The position numbers and the translations under genes were made by a program. The notes under the pieces were generated by a model, which saw only the letters and a program-made list of their open reading frames with translations, made no database searches and was not told the origin of the DNA. Positions 25,501 to 39,033 of a stretch of 64,000 nt of DNA are shown piece after piece; within the stretch, counting starts at the first letter, position 1; the number at the start of each line of letters is the position of its first letter. This stretch comes from Tubiluchus corallicola. Its lineage: Eukaryota > Animalia > Priapulida. The stretch spans positions 194,485 to 258,484 of the forward strand of contig JAQGDQ010000335.1 of the NCBI GenBank assembly GCA_030141605.1. Direction: 5' to 3'.

Positions 25501-28500
25501 CATACTTGCAACCAGAAATATAATAAGATGTTAGTAACTTGCAGTCCTCCTCACTAGATGGCACCATGTGCTTGTTCGGATCATAAATTTAAAGGTGTGA
25601 GGTGCATGCACCCGTTTTATTTCAAATTAAGGAACTGTTTTTGCTATGACTGTAATGCGAGTGGGACACATTTTGTCAAAAGTTCGTTAAATAGCTCCAA
25701 AAATAAGACAAGAAACTTCAAAGACAAAATAATTTTATTTTTTCTACATGCCAAAACAACTAAGAAAAGGACGCCTTATGTTTTATTGGAACACAAAGGT
25801 GTCCCGAACTCTGCAACCAGAAAAACTTACTAATATAACTGGCCAACAGACGATAAAAATGGACTAAATAAAAGATTACTTTGAAATTTATAATACAGCT
25901 GATTTAGCTATCATACCTATTTAATTATTTAGCCACGTCTAAATAAGAAATGAGCTCTCAATGGAATGCTGCATGTGAGAGCTTAAAATAGAATTACTGG
26001 CTATTATCATGGCCTAATTCATAGCACAGCATAAATAAAGACTTTTGTTTACAATGTAGGATTTTGACTTTTTCTATTATTGTATATCAGGAGGCAATAT
26101 ACAATACTGTATATGGTACATCTATTATATCAATAATAATTGTATATTATTGTATATCAGGAAGCATTTATCTGATATTAGTCGGAACTGCTATCACAAT
26201 ACCAAATAACATGAAAAATTACTAAATGCTCTACCACAAGTAACACACAAAAACAGGTATCAAAGCATGCATCTCTCTACCTTTTTGTGCTTTCTTGCGT
26301 CTGAGAACAACAGTTCGATTGTACACCTCATGATCCTCGGGAGTGATCCGAATCTGTTCCTGTTTCATTCGCTGTAGTTCGGCTTTCTTTGCCCGGGTGG
26401 CAGCCGTGTCAGCATTGAACACGCTAGAAGTGGTGCGCTTGTTAGTGCTGGTAGTGTTAGTGGCAGGTTTTGCATCTGTGTTAGTAGAAGAAAGAGAAAT
26501 TTCTATGTTAGACACTACCAACAAAACGTTAAAAAAACTTTATAAAGTAACTAATGAAGAAATTATAAAAAGCTAGCTACACTACGTAGACCTATGCGTT
26601 CCATCTAGAAAAGCACAATGTTGTAATAGGCAAGAGAGATGCCATAGCAACAGCAAAACTAACAAACAGAACTATTATTTCCAGTGCCTCTATAATGTTT
26701 CTTCAAATGAAACGTAAGTTTAAATATTGAAAGGATTATGGCATACTGATTAAAAGCAAGAAACCTAGTCATCTAGATGGTTTTTAGGCCTACAGTGATA
26801 ACTGATTACTTAACTCATTCTACCCAGTAACCAGTTATTTCTTTGTAATGAATTCTTTCAAAAAATGGGTTAGCCAATTAACTTGCAATTTACTGATTAC
26901 TGATTCATTACAACAATATCCAGAAACGTGTTTCAAATTAATCAACCATCAGGCTTTAAACGAACCACGAATTCCAGGCGAAATGTTTTACCAAATCAAT
27001 TCTTTACTCAGTTTCAAATATCTATTAATTTCCCATCAACCAGCCGCTAAACTCCAATGTCTGAAATCGGAGCAATCGATGATTAGTTACCGTGGCAACA
27101 TCTCTATTTCAGGCTTCAGTTAACCCTTTGATACACAAGCTAATGGCCATTGTGATAAAACAAGCTTATAGAAATTTAGTCATGTGGGATCAAAAATGGC
27201 ATTTACATTAAAAAAGCAGTTTGTCAGCGATTTTCATGTTGGATCCTCGTGTAGGCCCTACCACTAATATCGTAACTTGCTAGGAAAAGTAGTAATACTA
27301 GTGGACATTTCCCACCATCTTAAAACTTACCATTGAAATTTTAGCAAAGCATTTTAGCAAAGAGTCCTAAGCAAACCGAAAAGAAACGTACTCACATATT
27401 AGTTTATACACCAGAATTATACTGATGCTTAGCTGTTACAGTATACTTAGTTTACTGCTATACTTAGGTTACATACACTTTGCAGACAGCGGATTTAACT
27501 CTTTTTAATCAGCTACCAATAGGTGTGAGTCAATGAGTGACTTAACTTGAGTGACACCTTTCTTACTAACAGCTTACCATATGCCCTATAACTATATTTC
27601 ACAGACTTAACACGATTTTTTTGCGAGGCCCTTACGCTAAGGGTGATTGAGAAAACTCATTATAACATGTTTGCAAGTTTTCCGAACTTCCTTACTCTTA
27701 CTATGTTTAAGCCTGCAGTCTTTACTTGTATAAATCACATAAACTCTGACTAAAATTGTTTTAAAAATAAAGCAGTTTTATTTACTGACCTTTCTTGTTT
27801 TTGCCTTGTCCCGTCAATGATTCTTTATTATTCACCAAGGCTGCACGCCGGCTAGCTATACCTGGTTTCGCTTGTGAAGTCCTGGCTACTGGTTGAGAGG
27901 CTGGTATGGCAGTCCCTTCTTTCGAACTTTGAACTTTTTTCTCAGTAGCTGCATAAAAAATTGATTTGCTTTCCGCTCATTTGGTACAATTTTGAAATGT
28001 TTAATACTAGTTACTTATTCATCTTGTACTTAAAGGGGAAGGAAAGGGAATGCATTTTAAAGTCATACAGTTATACTCAAATAATTGCACAGTAAAAATT
28101 TCATTGTGCAATACTTAATATGCTTACTTGTTTGAAATATGTAACAGGAAAAAAATTCTTAGTAAATTAACACATTCCTATTAACTGATAAAATGTCACT
28201 GACTCACCATCCTAGTGTACACCACTGGCTCAGAAAAACACATATTATTAATCTTACTGACCACTAATTTACACTTTTGCTTAGTGAAGTGAGTACTGCA
28301 AATGCCCTGACTATTTTTTCGAATTAGATGCAATGTTAACTTAACTTGTTTCAATTTCTTACACAATAGCTTACTAATAAAATGGCTGTGCCTAACTGTC
28401 AATCTGGGACGTAAAGTTTACAAGTTTTATACAATGTTTATGTTAATACAAGCTCGTGTGTAGTAAGACAGCATCTAGGTGATGCAAAATTACAAGACAA

Positions 28501-31500
28501 GTTTTTTATCTTCATGCACGAATTTGCTTTTCTTGTCCTTTAATGATTAATGCAAGATGATTACATAACTGGTATTAAAACATATTTCTTTCTTGAAATA
28601 TGCAACATGGTGTGAGAGTTAAACTGCCAAATGGATGCATAGTATGGGGCAAAGTGATAACACACAACATAAATCTGTGTAGCTTTTACAAGATTCAGAA
28701 GACGAAAGACATTTGATGGAAGAACAGCTCCCATAAGGGTATGGTAAGAAGTTTCTTAAGGGGTAGAAGGAATTTGCCCTGAAAATGTTCTAAATTGTCC
28801 TCTATTCTGATATAAATGATTTCCAAGTAGGTGCAAACCATGAGCCACATAATTACATAGGATACAGAGACAAGCAAAAGTATCTAAAAACCAAACTATA
28901 TATACTTATGGGCCTATTTATGTTTATACATATTTGTACTCAGTATAACATTTACAGTGTCAAGAAATGATAGCCAGTTTTAGCTACGCAAAGTAATCAC
29001 AAGTAGATGCAAACGTATATTTTAATATACTATTTAATATACTATTTTAATGTTTTATACAATAATATTTCTTTTTCATGTGTTTTTAAAGTTCGTTTCA
29101 CACACCAATGTTAGAAATTGAAAATTAACAAAGTGAGAAAAACAAATGAGTAATGACACCATCCCATTAAGATACCAACATGAATCGAATCTCTGCTCAT
29201 TTCTCGTCCTCAGTGCTGCAAATAATGTCAGTACCAGATATTAAGATGTGTTCTTCACTCAAAATTAAATGCCCTTTATAATGACTTTCTTAGTTGTTAT
29301 CTGCTCTTTTTTGTTTCTCCTGCACAATGGGGGCAATCACCTCCTGACACCCCCATAACAATTTCAATAGTAATAGCAATACATGTAGTAATAATGTAAA
29401 AATGCAAGAAGTCTAAATTATAATAACCTTTACAGAAAAATCATGAGTATAACACGAGCAGTCACAAGCAAACATGCAATACTTTAAGGTGTAGTTTTCC
29501 TAATGTTTTAGAATTTCAAAAGAAATAATAAAGAAATAATCCTTTTGCAAACATGTCTATAACCTTGCCAGTACACTGATAAGCAAGTACTTAAAAAGTG
29601 TATAAAAGGACTTACATGGTATAGTGAAAAAACTGATAGCAGGTACTATTATTAAAAAAAAACTTGCCTTACAAGAAACACTGCCAGCTAAAAAAAGGTG
29701 GTGCAGTGTTGTTGTTTTTTTAATTTTGATATCCTAAATTGTGAAATTTTAAAATAAAATTATTTGCTTTGAACCCAGCTTTTGTCCTGAAAATGTACAA
29801 TTCACTTGTCTTAGGAGCACCCCCAGCAGACCCCCACTTCATATATGCGAATGACAACTGAGTACAACTCCATCCAAAAACAATTGTGAACCAAAGAAAG
29901 ACAGAAGTCAAAGTGCACTAAATCTTTGAAAATTCAAACTGTTTTCTAAGTTTTTAATTCTTGTCCTCAGTTGTAAAATAAAATTTTGCAAAAGTGTTTT
30001 TCAAAATGTTGTTTTTTGCATTAATTTATATTTGCTTATGATAAATAATCATGTTCCTTTTAACAATGTTTTTCATGCAACATATTAAGCCCATTAAAAA
30101 TCTGAGAAAAGTTAGTAATGAAAATAACAGTATTACAACACTACAACAAATTACAGTAAAATAATTTAAAATGCTTAGTGCAGTGACCAAAAGGCTTATA
30201 AACATGACTTTATAAAGCAATTTTCCAATGTTGGCACAAAGTATCAAGAGACTTGCTGTTAAATTGCTTCATAATTAATTTAATACTTACGTTTGCTTTC
30301 AGTCGATTTCAATTCAGTAATACATGGCTGCGATGAATTTATTTCTCTGGTGACTTCTGAGTGATTTTCTGTTTTTACTTTGCCTGTGAATGGACAAACG
30401 CAAACTAAAGTCATGCCGGCACCAAAAGAAACATATCAACATAACTAGAGCTTAGAAATCCTAACAGCATGTTTTGAGGCTACACAGTTCAACACAGCAA
30501 CCTTTCATAAAGCATCATACATGGATGAGTGCTTGGCTAAAATAAACAATATTCATTAGAAGATCAATAATAGTAGAAACCCTATTAATTACATGATGCC
30601 TACCCTGAAGGATGCAGCACTAATACAGTGCAGGCAGCCAGAAGCAGCTTTACTGCTGAGCTGTATTTAACAATGATTGTCACAATCAATGTATGTTCCA
30701 AGAACTACACTAGCACATGCATTCACTTGCAGGTGCCAGCAGATAAAATAGTTTATTTGCAAAGATTATTCAAGATTGTGAGAGGAAATCACGATAACTA
30801 CCCTATTTTGAAGTATAGCCAAATTTACACATTTTAACACCCATAATAATGCCAAAACTTTTCTGATAATTAAATAATTGGTTAAAAATTAATTAATGGC
30901 AGGTAAGCTCAATTAGTGATGAAATCACAAGTGAACATAACTTTCAATAGCCCAAACAAATCATGAGCATGTTCCACATGTTTGCGAAAGCGAAAATAGA
31001 AGTACAGTGATACTGTGTACAGCATTCAATATGATTTACAAAAACTCGTCAAATTTTAAGTTTAAAATTCAAATTTCAAATATACCCCTGTGCTCATGCA
31101 GGAGTAGTCGAACATGTGAGCTACATCATAACCGAACACCTGTTTTTCAGCAATGTGTTTCCGAGATGGATGGCGCTGATGATCATGTAATTAACAAATG
31201 ACAAAATGGCATACAACAGGTAACAAACTAACTGAGCAAATGTGAAATTACATCATTCTGTGGTAATAATTATTTAACCTGAATTCGTTTTTGAAGAAAT
31301 AGTATTCACTTTCAATATTTTACAGTGTAGATTTTTTTGAGCTATAGTTTAAGGCGGGGTCCGGTTTTCCTTTAAAGTTTATCTATTACTTAATGTTTGT
31401 TTAAATTCATCATAATTGATTTGAACTAAGTCAATTTCACTCGAAATGAAAAGTAACCCCACCTAAAAGCTCCAAGATTTTTGAATAACTAAGAGTGGAC

Positions 31501-34500
31501 ATGGCTATGGTCTTTTTATGCTTTTATTCTACATCTAGTACGACATTTTGTTCCAAGAATTAGGACTCAAGAAATCGCATAGTGAAAGACAAAACTTAGG
31601 ATGTAATGAGGTCCATGTGCATGCACTCCACTGGGTTTGTCACTAAATTCAATTATTGCACCATTCAAGTCGATTCATACCTTCATGCTTCACATCAACT
31701 TCTGTAGTACCATGATCTTGTACTTCACTGGTGACTTGTTCTAATTGCTCAGTAACCACAGACTCAGTGACGTCAGTGGCTAGTTGGTCCTCACTCAGCT
31801 CAGAAGCTTTTTCTGAAGGTTTTGCAGGTTCATTTAACACTGCAGTAAGCCTGACATAAATGAACGATGAATTAAATAAGAAAACAGTCAAAGAAAATTG
31901 CTTAGAATTTAACATTCCAAAAAAGTAACTGCAAGGCAAACAACAGCAACTACAAGCCTAGGTTCCTAAATTCTTATGATTTTAACTAGACATCACATAG
32001 AAGTGATACCCACTTTAACAAAAAACATTCAGAAAAGAAATATTCTCACCTCATCTTTTGCCTTGGAGCAGGAGTGGACTCCCGTGAAGCATTGCTAGAA
32101 GTAGATGCCTTAGACAAAATCTTACTCTTCACTTCAGATTTCTTCTTTGGTTTCATTTTTTGTTCTTGAAGGCCAGCTGCAATCTTTGCAGCAACAGCAT
32201 CCCATTTATTAGGCTTCTTTGGTTGCCGAACAATCTTCTTTGCCGGTTCAACTGGCTTGCTTTCAAATACCTTACTACGCACTTTGGACAAATTTGGACC
32301 GGCAGGAGCTTCTGTTGCAGAAGAACCCACAGTTGATTTAGATGCAGCTTTAGATGCACCATTTTTTCCAAGACCTATCCGTGGAGATTTCTTTTCCTGT
32401 TTCTTCTTTTTCAGTTTCTCTGATTCTTTTGACGAGTCTCCAGAATCTAAATCACAATTCACTTCTGACATATTTTTCATGGACACCATTTGCTGTTTCT
32501 TTTCACTTTTTTTCTTATCCTTTGCAGTGTGGCTAGAGGATGACTCACTTACAAAGGTCTTTGCCGAACGGCTTTCCAGTTCCTTTGATTTACTATGTTT
32601 ACCTTTACTTTTAGTTTTACTGGTTTTGTCATCTTCCAAATTCGATATCTGCAACACCACTTTTGATGGCTCTTGATCTGTATCTATTACAGGTTGACAG
32701 GTTAAAATATCACTTTCTTTAACACCTTCTTGCATACAGTCTGCGTTAACATTGTCTGTTGTTCCTTCAGTTATCTCGGTGCTTTCTGCCACCATTGCTT
32801 TGATTTCATTTTCATCAAGTTCTGTTTCACAACACATCTCTTCTCCACTTCCTTCGGCATCATCAGCCATTTCATTATGTACTTCGGCAACGTCTTCAGG
32901 TATATCTGATGTTTCACGAATTACATCATAATTAAACAGCTGTCCATCAATGACTTGAGCCCCACGATTATGTTTCTCTGTAATATCTCCATCAAAGTCA
33001 ATAGAAGTATTGCTAACAACAGAATGACGAAATTCCCGATTGTCCCTAGTTGGAGAACCCTGAGCTGAATCAATGTCATAATCTCCTTGGTACCCTGTAT
33101 CTGTACTGCTTACAGTTATTGAGGATATTGGTCTGTCTTGCTTTGTGCAAGAAGTTAAATCCACAGACGTTAAAATCAAATCTTCTTTTAAACTTGTGTT
33201 TATCAGCTGGTTACTTGTAGGTATGGAAATGATTTTCTCTCCATGATTAGCATCTTGCACAGCTTTGGAAGTATCTCCTTCAAACACAGTTAATTTGTCA
33301 TCAACATAACTTGTGGAGGTACTTAAGATGTGATACGACCGATCTACATCCGTCGCGAAAACTGCAATGTCTGCTGAATGACCTTTTGCAAGATGATGCC
33401 CAACTTCTTGTGAGCTTTTTACCATCCCTTCATCAAGATCTTCTTCAAGAGACACTCTTTTAGATAGATCAGTTGTTCTAATAACTGCTGATGAAATACT
33501 TTGTAATGCATCTGAGCATTCTTCTTGTGTGCTCTGCCCCATTCCTTCATCTATGTCAGTTTCACTACTACCGAAAATCTGACCTTTCACATTCAAATGT
33601 TGTTCAACTAGCATATCATCTTGTGCAGGCTGTGACTCCATACTGTTCGTCATTGGAACCAAGTTATAACTGTTTGTGGCCTGATGAGGATCTATGACCT
33701 TCTTCAAGAGATCAGTTTCAGGGGAACGAGACTCTACCATTGCTGAGTCATAACTTCTAATCATCTCCACTGTTGAGGCTGCACTATGGGTCATCTCCGT
33801 GTTTGAGTTTGATTCTTGACTTTTTGCCATGTCTGATTCTTCGCTGTTTGATCCATCCATTTCCCATTCATCCAAGTTTTGTTCAGATTTTTTAGGATTG
33901 GGAATATTACCATCACTGAAATGCCCCGAGTACATGCTATCAGTCATTGCTGAAGGTATATAATCATCATTCATATCACAGATTTCCGCATGAAAGGATG
34001 CAGATGTCACAACATTGCCATCAAATGGCTCATCGGGAATGAAAATTTCTCCTACTCCATTTCTGGTTTCTGTATTTTCAGAATCCGATTTCTTCCTAAG
34101 GCTTTCAGCAATATCTTGGCTGCTCAAAAAATCAGTTGTTTTGCCCTGCTTTTGTTCATATTCTGTAAGAAAATCAGGAAGGAGGTCATGATCTTTAAGT
34201 GTGCCAGGACTAAGGATGCCATCGATTGAAGTGGAACTTGACATACGAGCACACTTCAGAAATTCAAAAGATTCTGATGCAACAAGGCCATTTGAACAAT
34301 CACCTGAAGAGTGATCATCTACAGAATGATCATGCCGCAGCCGCTTCATTGCTTCTGTGTCTGACCTTTGCTGATCTTCAAATTCAACAACAGCCAGTTT
34401 ATCCTCTTTTCTTTTCATAGGAATGCTTGATTTCTTTGATTTTGTGCTAACATTGTTTATTGTTTCATGTTCATATTTACATTTGTCTGATGAAGATATT

Positions 34501-37500
34501 GCACTCTTGCCTACAACCGCAGTCTTTGGTTGTCGAATTTCTTTGGAATTGTAAGCTTCTACTGATTCGTTGTCACTCTGGTGATTATCAAGCTTCTTGT
34601 ATGATTTGGGGGGTAAAAGCTTAGAGGGACGTGCCAATGGTTCTGCAGAAGAGCATGTCTCAATCCCCTGCGGCTTCTGCACAAGAGCAGACTTTGGACG
34701 AGGAATTCCTCGTTTTACCTCAGTATGCTTTTGTTGAAATTCGGCCGATTTAGGTCGTACAGGCTTTCCTTGTGATGGTGCCTGGGAAGCAGTTGCTTCG
34801 GACTCTACTAACACCACCTTAGTCACTGGTGCAAAAATTCCATATCCATCCTGACAAGAGAAGTAAGTCACACCTTGAACTGTACCATTATGCTTTCCTT
34901 CTGGCTCATCTAATTCAATACCACAGAATACTCCATCTGTCAGATGTGTGCGTCCAAAATATCTGAAAATTCATAGTAACTTTGTTTTAGATAAAAGTAT
35001 GTTAAATACGAGCATGCATAAACAGTTATCCTTAAAAAGCAGTGCAATATGAAATCAAGAATAGAACAAAAACTAATACAAAGTTTTTTTATTAGAAAAC
35101 AAAAATTACCTTTATGTAATATGTGTAGGGATTTTTATTTATCAGTAAAAACATAAAAAAATTGAGTTTCAACTAGAACCCTGTACGCATTGAGACACTT
35201 CCACAAAATAGATTCAAGTGAGTTTGTAGTTGTCCTCAGCTTATGTTCATTTGGTGGACAAACAACATTTGCAAAAGGGATTTCCACATCCACCAAATAC
35301 TGTGTTACTTCAGTACATTTTGTAGCAATCTTGTAAATTCTTCAAGCTGTACAGCCTGAACTACTGCTATTATAAAAAGAAGCATAAAAAATGTCTTTAC
35401 CTGAGAGTTCCGATTTTAGAGCCACCTATGCACACACGAGACCCAACTTGCATATTTGAAAGATTCTCAGCAAAAATAGGTGGCTTGTTTCTTACAGGAG
35501 GTGATACTCGTCTTGTCAGCTGGGTAGAAGATATAGATGATGAAGGAATTTGTGCCCCCACTGCTACTTTGCCGTCTGGAGCAGATGAAGTGAAGCGACC
35601 ATGGGGCACTACAGGAGCCTTGTCGTTTCTTGAAATGGGGGGCACTGGCTTAGCTGAAGTGCTGTATGCACGTGGACCTGGAAGCAGTGATCGCCGTGAT
35701 GGTTGTTGCGGAATCCTCGATTCTATCGCCCCCTGCAAAGAAAAACACATTTTCTTGAAATTCCAGTTTAAGTATTGATGTTGACTATACATTTTTTTTA
35801 CCAATTCTTCTCAATGGCAGTTCCTGTGAACAAACAAATGCTTGAGCAGGCTGCTGCCTAGGCAAAATCATTGGCATTATATAACATAATTATACTTCAT
35901 TGATCAATGAACTATAAATGTTCACAAAATAAAATGTAAATTTCTACGTAGGTTATTGGAATGTTACCAATTTGCATAAAACTAATTATACTTCATTAAT
36001 GAAATAGGAAAGTTAAAAAAGTGAAATAAAACGTAAAAATAAATGTGGGATATTGTAGTTTAATCCAAGTTATCAAGAAATTGCATTTGAGATATCATAA
36101 AATAGACACTTTTTATAAAAATAAATAACATACCTATGGCATTTAATTTCCTCCCTAAACTGCACTAGTAGTCAACATGAGAGAAAAAAAACTAATCGTA
36201 TTCTATACAGTTTTTGCTTTGTTATTTAGTTTAATAACATTCCTTATGCTTGTCACACGAGTGATGAGCATGTAAGGTCGAAGCAACCTACTTTAAAAAA
36301 ATCAATATAAACAAACCAGTACTCGGCTTAATTTAAAAGTCTTTCACATACCCACAATTAACTTTTTAGCCTTATAAAGTGCAAAATTTATAACTAGAAC
36401 AAGAACTGAATAAGGACTGAAAACTACTGACTTATTGCATTCGGACTTTCTACGTTTGTAGGGGTTTGTAATAGTCAAAGCACCTGCAGTACGTATTTCT
36501 ACTTTGTCAAGCTCTACGAATTCGTTGGATTAAGGCGGGCGATAAGTCAAAATTTTCTGGACGCGCATTTGATCTTTTAGTTACACTCATTTTAAATCTA
36601 CCTTGTTACAGACATTCAGCTGTTACTGATATTTTACGTTTTATTCTTTCTCCCACCAGTTTTTTTAGAAATCAAATGTTTATTTAACCCATTTGCACTT
36701 TTCTTTCAACTTTCAAGTCGGAATGTCGATGTTCACATCAATTTCAATGACCAGATTATACAAAGATTACATTACGTATCACAAAACTCATTAATAATAC
36801 TAATGTGCGATATGACTGACCAATGAATTCTTTGAATCTTTAATAACAACGATTTTAGAACTCCAGTTAATGTCATTATAACATGTATCAATTGCTGTTC
36901 AACGTTCATACACTGACACTACACTATCTAACACGCTGAACTCCATGTATATATTGCACCTGTTAAGATAAACACAGTGTCACTACAATTTCAAAACGCA
37001 CATACATAGTAACCGATTTCACTATAACGAAAACTACCGCGTAAGTGGAAAACATACAAAGTCAGAGATGTCAAAGTAACACGCTAAGTTTACTCACTAT
37101 GTGCCTTGTGACTTTTGCATTTTGTGAGTGGACAGCTATGTACCACTCAATTAATTAGTCACCTATATCATATTTGTATAAGATAAGTTGCGAAGAATGC
37201 AATAAATGGTACCTGACCAACCGAATTTATCTAGCTGTCTTATTGGAACGACAAACCCTAAAACGAATAATGAGACAATACAAAGCAGGAAAATGACAAA
37301 ATCATTATCACAAATTTAGCAATAAGCACAACTCAAACAGAATCACAGTTTTGCTAGTATGCTTCACGTGGACAATGTTACAATTACCGACTAAGTGCAC
37401 ACCCCAAGAAGCAAAAAGATCTACATGGGATAAAAGATTACGCCCCCAGCAAAATGCGCCAAAACGAAATGTAGCTGAAATGGCTATCAATTTTAGAGTT

Positions 37501-38959
37501 TCACAAAACTATATCCGGTCCATCTATAACACAATGTGATCATTACATTAATATAGCATGTTGAATGTAACGTTTATAGTCGCTTAAACAATGTACTTGC
37601 ACTTTACTACCTTCAGTTGCATGACATCACTGTCTACGTCCGCCGCATTAAATACCTGTAATCTGTACCTGTGCAAGTAGCAACTTCAATCTTACCCCCC
37701 GGCTGAGCTACTAAAAGCTTCAGCGCGGGAACAAAGTTATGTCAATACAACTAACATTGTATTGTTGAGAATAATAAAATAATCTCCGTGTTTAAGGGCT
37801 CGCTGCCCATTTGAATGCACGTAGCTTTTGACTAGAATTCACAATAGAAAAAGTGAAAACTGGGTTAAATATTAAAGAATGCGTGACCGATGAAGCGGCT
37901 ACGGTCAATGTTTGAAAGAGCGAGGTCACTGTAGAAAATAAATACGTTCAAGACCGATAAAAGGTATGCTAACAATATGAAGGTTCACCTGGGAATTCCA
38001 CTATGAATTTGACCTTCCAGTGAGGTGGCACATAGATCCAGAGACTGCTTGTGTGGTCGAAGCAGCTCGAGTTCAACAAGACGGGTTTGTTGATTTCCAA
38101 TAAGTACCTCATCAAAAAACAATAAAACGCATTTAAAGAGACCTAGACTGTCCTATAAACAGTAAGTATACAACTGTTTCGAACTACTCACTATCTTGAT
38201 CAAGATAATGAAATCTAAATACTGCTTGGAAAGATAAAAGAAAAAGATCACAAAATATGGTGTGCCCTGGCTCTTACATATTGTAGACTCGATCTCAAAT
38301 TTATTCTCGAGGTTAAACGTTCTGCTGCTGCAAGCGCCCATTCTGTTGAGTGCAAATTGAGGCCTCACAAAAGTCCTAGAAGTTGAATGTCCATTTAAAT
38401 GAGTTATAGATGGATGTGTGGGACTGTACACAAAACAACGAGAAAATTAAATAGGAAAAGAGAAACAAAGGGTGTAAAAACGGAAGCAAAGCCTACAGAT
38501 TCATTTCTCCCAGTAATTTGATGAAAAATTTAGAAAATGGCAAGCGGAAATCCAATGACGTGCGAAACACATCGATCGCTCTCGTGCGGCAAATGCTTTC
38601 ACTTGGATTGGCGCCAACATTTCCGTACTGAGTTTGGGAAGCCATGTTTTACAGTTCGAATCACGGGCGGGTTTCATCGATCCAGGGGGATTGATTAAAC
38701 TGACGATGGTATATAGCAGCAGCATGCAGCATTCCAGCAAACAGCGATGAACTGCAAGCTATAGGGTACAAACTTTATATAAGCCAAGTGCACCAGTTAA
38801 TAAGACGTACGTAATACATTTAAGTAGCAAGACCTGTAAGACTAATCGTTCATGGACGGATGCATCCATTAAGAGATAGAAAGAGGGACAATGATGGACT
38901 GATGGCCAGATGGAAAGAGGAAGAGAGTGAGAGAGGAAAAGGGAGCAAGAGACAGAGGC

Positions 38960-39033
<74 letters not shown>

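Noticed and set aside
37611-37655. Possible extra phase-0 mini-exon (VFNAADVDSDVMQLK) upstream of exon 35732
   Set aside because: Weak donor (gtagta) and poor polypyrimidine tract; cannot be distinguished from chance without RNA data.
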